Origin: the human T2T-CHM13v2.0 reference genome, Homo sapiens
Assembly: GCF_009914755.1 (NCBI RefSeq)
Contig: NC_060926.1
Reading direction: 5' to 3' (one strand)
Length of the DNA stretch: 64,000 nucleotides
The notes under the pieces were generated by a model. That model made no database searches and had not been told where the DNA came from. It saw only the letters and a list, made by a program, of their open reading frames with translations. Positions 57,661 to 64,000 of this stretch are shown here, piece by piece. Positions within the stretch are counted from its first letter, which is position 1. Every line of letters starts with the position of its first letter. The position numbers were made by a program, and so were the translations under genes.

Positions 57661-59849
57661 GGAGTAAATTGGGGATTAATTCACAGAAAGATAATTTATT
57701 TCTCCCAAATAAGTTTTAATAAGCAGGAAGTCACTTTTTTTTTTCAAAACATCACAATAAAGGACATTGGGCGACTGATATTTATAATAAAATAATTAGC
57801 AACTTAATGTATTAGCTGAAGTTTGGAACGATACACTTAAAACTAGTTATCTGGATTGGTCAGAAAAGCGTTGCAGATTTAAAAGATCTGAATGGGAACA
57901 TCAGTGATGGAAGCAGAACTTCTAGGCTAGTGGTCTTATTCTTTTCCAGGTTGTGTATTTACCCTGGGCCTTGGTCCCAATCAACATGTAACATTTATTG
58001 TAAGTTTATGTGCATTTATGGTGACACAAAAGTGTAAAATAAGGTCTCTCATCCTTTTTTCCTAATTAACAAAATAAATTGCATTATGTGTTTTCTCAGT
58101 ATAGAAAGAGAACATACATATTACCAGAAAGGAATTCCAGGCTGGAACATGTAGATTATATAAAAGCCTTTTTCACTACCAAGGAAACTTTGTGCCTATT
58201 ACCTAGAAATAATGGCTGAGCTCACTATTGTGAAGTCTGGGGCTTCCTCTAAGAAAAGAAATGAAATTATTTTCTTTTTCTTTTAATATACTTGTCATTT
58301 TATAAAATGTTGGATTTATGTACTTTAACTTGGCATATAAATTTTATCTCATTTATCCTCATGTGCTTCTTAAAATGATTAACATTATCTTCATTTCAGA
58401 AATGAAGAAACAGAGTTTATAGTTGAAAGAATGAAAAGGAACGAGGATTCAATTCTAGGCCTTTCACTATGAGTCTATTTTTCAGGATTCACAATGATAT
58501 TATTTTTTATAATACAAGTGACAATGAGGAAAAAAACGTGACTCTCATGGAACACTGCATGGAATCTGGGACTTTCTTTATCTTTATTTATTTTTTACAT
58601 ACTCAAATAGGAAAAGATTAGTCCCATAAACCTAGCACTAATTTTAACTTCCTCTTGAAATATTCATATTTCAAGAAATTGAAATTACTCATTACTAGAA
58701 ATTGGACTTTGTAAATAATCTGAATTAAGCTATTCATTAATATTCTCTACTTTAATCACTTGTAGTTTTGGTCTTCCAAACATTTAAGTGATTTTCTGCC
58801 TTTTCCAGAGACTACTGTTATTCAGGTGCAAACATTTTTTGTTTATTTTTTCCAAAAAAGATTAGTAAAGACCAAGGTTTGGGAAGCTTAGAGGAACCAA
58901 GCTTATTTGAAAGTAGAGTTAAGAGAATGGACTCAGAGGGTATATTATTTAAATACCAAACAAAGGTATTCACAAAAGAAAGAGAGAGAAATAGAGCACA
59001 TGAATAGTAGCATCTAAGCATTTAGAGCTTCGAATGGAACTTTCTTTCCTCTCTTATGAAATGTCTTTGAAAAGAATTTGGGGCCTTGATTGCATGTTTA
59101 GGACATCAGAGTACTAAGCAGGGGTAGGGAAATTCAGGGTCCTATTCTGCCTTTGCTGAATACTGTAGATTTTTTTCTACCCCTCACTGGTAATTATAAC
59201 GTTTGGAAAGATGAAAAAAAGTGTTTTTTTTTTTGTTTGTTTGTTTTTTTTCTTTCTTGGAGAATGCTTTTCTTTCAAAGATTCTGAGTTTGGAGAAGAT
59301 CTTTAAACTAAGGGGTACTAGACATAAGAGTCTTTTTAAGTCCTTCTTATCCCAACATTTGAAAAAGCATTTTATTCATAAAGCTTACACTGTTTTTTCA
59401 CAGGAGCCATTTAATTCATTATGGAGTAGTATGAAGCTGTTGAGAGAGATATAGCAGCTTGATTCATTTGAAATCACAGGACAAATAGACTTTAAAAAGC
59501 AAATGCATCCATTTTGACACTAATTATGTGTCTTTTGCACATGCGGTATCTCATGTCACAAATTGCTCTCATTTGCTTCTCACTGCAGAATGTCTCTGAA
59601 ATGAGATGAGTGGAAAATGCCTTAAACAGGTGGATGTGGAACAGGTCGGGGACTTTAAGGACTTCAGTGGAGGAGGGGTGGGTTGGGGAAGGGAAACAAA
59701 TGAAGATGTCTTAGAAGTCACTGCAATTTATATGGAATCTGTTCAACGCCGACACTGAACCATATGAGAAGGTGGGTTATATGGCTTTTCAAATATCATG
59801 TATTCTCCTTACAATCAGAATGACAATATAACAGAGCCCATGATACCTC

Positions 59850-60040
59850 AGAAATTGTGCTAGGATTATTTTATTTGTATATGGATCATTGTCTTTGAAC
59901 CTTAACATAAACCTGTACTTCTGTTCCCATTTTACAGATGAGGGAACTGAGGAGGTGAAGGAATTTATTGAGAAGATCATAAGTAATTCTAGGGGGATTA
60001 AAACCGAGGCAATCTGATTCCAGAGCCCTAGAGAGCTTTC
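59850..60040 (-). mobile_element. MIR
   Basis: cccattttacagatgagggaactgagg...ctgattccagagccc. Confidence 0.75.
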
Positions 60041-61990
60041 CCACCAAGTGTGTAGGACTTTGTCCTGCATTTTTCTGATTCTAACTCTTCTACTTGGCTA
60101 CCCAAAATTCTGTAGAAATGCTTTATGACAAACAGAAAGTTTAGTGAAGTCTATAGAATTAACCTGAGTCTGGCATCTTGCAATCCACTGTTGAATCTAT
60201 TTAGCACAGGAGGAGAGCTTTATAAATGATGCAAGAGTTTCTTAGAGTTCTTTATAGAACAATTCAGATTGGGCTAAAAACAACCAAGAGAAGAGAAAAG
60301 CACACATTCATTTTCCCTGAATATGAACAAAAACAAAAGCAGTTGCTACATGGTGTGAATTGGAGGAATCTTATATTATTGAGCTGGTGCTTGTTGCCTG
60401 ATAATGGACAAGACTAGCCTCACTTTTCTGTAACTAAGCCTGTAATGGTGTCACAGCCTATTTGATGCCAATTGGTGTTCCTGGGGTCCTTGGTATAAAG
60501 CAACCTTTGCAAATGAGTAGTCAAAATGGTTGGAATAAGGAATAAAACCAGAGAGTAAAAAATGAATAGCTAATTCAACACTTAATTTCTTTTAATTTTG
60601 AGAGCCTTACATGTGTGCTGCTACTATGAATGGGTGGGATGTTGATGGTGGAGGAGAGTTTTAAACTGTAAATTTGTTTTCACCTGAGCTGTAGAATTCA
60701 AAACTGGCATGCCTTACACGTAATGCAGTTTGACAGTTCATTTGAAATAAATGTGCCGATAACCCTTAAAAGTGGTAATAAAATACTCTTTGCTCTACTG
60801 TACAGATGATTAATACCACTAAAGTAATTAAATTCCATTAGGCTGAGGTTCACATACCCAAGGAATTGGTGCCAGGATTTAGCCGTTCTCTAGTGAGGAC
60901 AAAAGACTAATGCCTTTTAAAGCCATGTTTCACTAGGAAAATCCCAGGGAAGTCTATATTAACTTAGGACATCTGCTTGTTGTGATTGTTTGAGGTATTG
61001 ATGCATTGGATCATTAGCAGGGTAGCGTGAACTAGTGTTTTCCTGTTGACAAGGATCTCTCACCAGGAGCTGCTAGCTTTCTGCAAGGGGAGAGAGAAAG
61101 CAAAGCAGGGCAGCCAAGTTGAGTCCTGTGAATAGCTTTGACTTACAGAATTATTGCTAACTGTATAGTCTCTGATGGTAGGAAACAGCATTTTGCCCCC
61201 AGCCATTTTTCCCAAGATCAAAGCCAAAGTAACTCTGTCTCCTGCTGTTTTGTAGCTGTAGATTCTTAAAGACTGGCATTATTGTCGTCGATGAACAGTT
61301 TGCCCCCTTTCAGATGGTTGCAGTAATGACCCACGGGGGAGGCAGTGGTTAGGCAGTGCTGACAATGTGACCAGGTGCTGCAGCATAAGCGTTTCATTAA
61401 ATATTGAAGCAATGGTTTTCAGTTACAGTGGCAAAAAGGGAATTTGGTCTATGTCCAAATATGTGGCTATTTTTTCCCTTCAGCCTCTTCTAATCACATT
61501 ATTTTTTGCATGACCTTTCTGCTGGTAATTAGCTGCCGTCCTGAAAAGCATTGTGGGTAATATATCTAAGGTGATTCTGCATCCCCCTTTACAGGCTGGT
61601 AGTCGTTCTTAATGTATGAATGATTTATTTACCATCTTTTGTCTTAAAATTTACAAACCATAAAAAAGCCCTTATGATTATTTTGTTTCCAGCGATACCC
61701 ACTGAAAGAATCCTGAATTTTCCAGGGAAAGATAGTTTGCAGAAACTGAGAATGGGACTTAAGTGCATTTAGAGTTAGGTTTTATATGTGTACCATGTGA
61801 AAAGCTGTTTTGTGGCTTCAACGCCCTGTTTCCATTTAAAGAATGTTAAACTTGTCTGTATAATTTGTGTAATTGAATTCACAACAGAAGAACTACAGTC
61901 ATTTCTCAAAGAATGTGGTTGCCACTTTATTAGAGGAGCAGCATTACAATAGCAAAGTTTACTAGGCTGTCTGTCCTGTGACAAACTTTT

Positions 61991-62275
<285 letters not shown>

Positions 62276-63193
62276 ACAAACTTTTATAGGACTTCCTAAA
62301 GTTCTCTGTTTGCAGAATCCTTTAAGAGAAAGTGGGACTTTACATAGGAAAACATTTGTAAATTGTAATAAAATATTGCACACAGAAAACTCATTCAAAA
62401 CGTCTAGAGGAAAGCCTGGTGACTATTGGAGGCTATGAGAGGTGAACTAAAACAACAATGTACCATAAAACAAACAAAACAGAAGCTCCGGGTAGGAAAG
62501 GCCACAGAAATTAAATAATTTTCTTCCCACTTATCCCTACCTTGAAAATCTTACCTATTGCTTAATAGCTATATTAAATTTCAAATTTTCTGAAATACCA
62601 AACTGAGTTTCTGCAGGTTAGGTGCACTTTGCCAGATTTCCACATTTAAGTCAGGTTCCTCTCTTCCTTTAGCAAAACTCTTTAGCACTTTTCTACCAAA
62701 TGTAAACATGGTTTTGTATAATATTGTCATTCATCTGAGAGACAAACTAAACTGTTACATGTGGGCATTATGTTTTAGATGTACCATACTTGCCCATGAG
62801 ATCACCAACTCTATGTCAAAACCACATTAAAATAAGAATCTACTGTCAAATTTTCCTTGTTTTTGTTTTGATTGTAGTTAGGAAGAACTGAATTAAAATG
62901 TTATTGTAACCATTCTTCAATCTCTGTCTTTCTATCTTTCTTGTTCTGTCATTATTCCTTTATTCTTCTTCCTCAATTCATAGATGTTAAATGTGTGTAC
63001 CTGCCAGGGAAAAAAGTACTGAAAAGTGACTGTTTACTGACAGGTTTTTATTTTCTGACCAGTATTAGTAAGATAAAACAACTTTTAAAAAGAGCTATAA
63101 GAAGAATTTTAACTTATTGTTATTATTTCCTTTTGATTGTACTGTTCAGAACACTTTAGGAAATGACTACCTTCTTTTCATTGGCAAATTCTT

Positions 63194-63485
63194 TTTTTTT
63201 TTTGAGATGGAGTCTCGCTTTGTCGCCCAGGCTGGAGTGCAGTGACACGATCTCGGCTCACTGCAAGCTCCGCCTCATGGATTCATGCCATCCTCCTGCC
63301 CCAGCTTCCCAAGTAGCTGGGACTACGGGCACCCGCCACCACGCCCGGCTAATTTTTTTGTATTTTTAGTAGAGATGGGGTTTCACCATGTTAGCCAGGA
63401 TGGTCTTGAGCTCCTGACCTTGTGATCCACCCACCTCGGCCTCCCAATGGTCTGGGATTACAGGCGTGAGTCACCACACCCGGCC
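63194..63485 (-). mobile_element. AluY
   Basis: gcaagctccgcctc and gttagccaggatggtc; TSD caaattctt at 63185-63193 / 63488-63496. Confidence 0.93.
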
Positions 63486-64000
63486 AACAAATTCTTAAAA
63501 ATATAAAAGTTTATATGTAATAGAAAAAAATTGAGGCTGCTGTAGATGGAGCAAATAAAGAAAAAAAGGAGGAAGACTTGTTTAAAAATGTAAATTAATC
63601 AAGCTTGTTTCAACCTATTCATGCTTAGTTGCTAATATTATCACCTAGCTAGTACTTTCATGTTGAAAATTGTTTATACTCCCGAGACTGTTTTAAGTAA
63701 GATGACAACCAGGCAAAATTCTAGAGTTGTACGTGAGTATGGAAATAAATACAAAGTGTCTCGTGCCAGTACCATTGCTTCTTGTAGACATAGCCAAAAT
63801 AGCTCCTAAAAAATGTTCATGAGATTCCTCAAAAGAGCATATTTATCTATTTTCAAGTGCTGGATGGGATAGTTTCTCTGCCTCAAGAGTTTTCACAAGC
63901 AATGGTGACATCTTCAAATTTCAGTCTAGTGGGCTTGAAATATTTTTGGAGAAGACAGTATGCATTCAAAACCATTCCTTTTTTTTTATTATAATGTGAA

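Overview
Primate (almost certainly human) non-coding genomic DNA: AT-rich and CpG-poor, with about 20 Alu/Alu-monomer insertions plus L1, L2, MIR, LTR and DNA-transposon fossils. The only gene-derived sequence is the 5' part of a processed, intronless pseudogene of IK (RED, a spliceosomal protein) on the minus strand at 1-866, with two premature stops and a frameshift. No functional protein-coding exon, RNA gene, CRISPR array or novel coding system is supported; the other ORFs in the track are Alu/L1/LTR-derived or chance. Several repeat-free blocks carry clustered developmental TF motifs and are candidate enhancers or lncRNA promoters (about 6.1-8.45, 18.6-18.9, 32.9-33.7 and 59.5-61.7 kb). 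From unverified recollection, the locus may be the 2p16.1 FANCL-BCL11A gene desert (LINC01122 region); this must be checked by BLAT. Repeat subfamily names come from recalled consensus sequences and need RepeatMasker confirmation.
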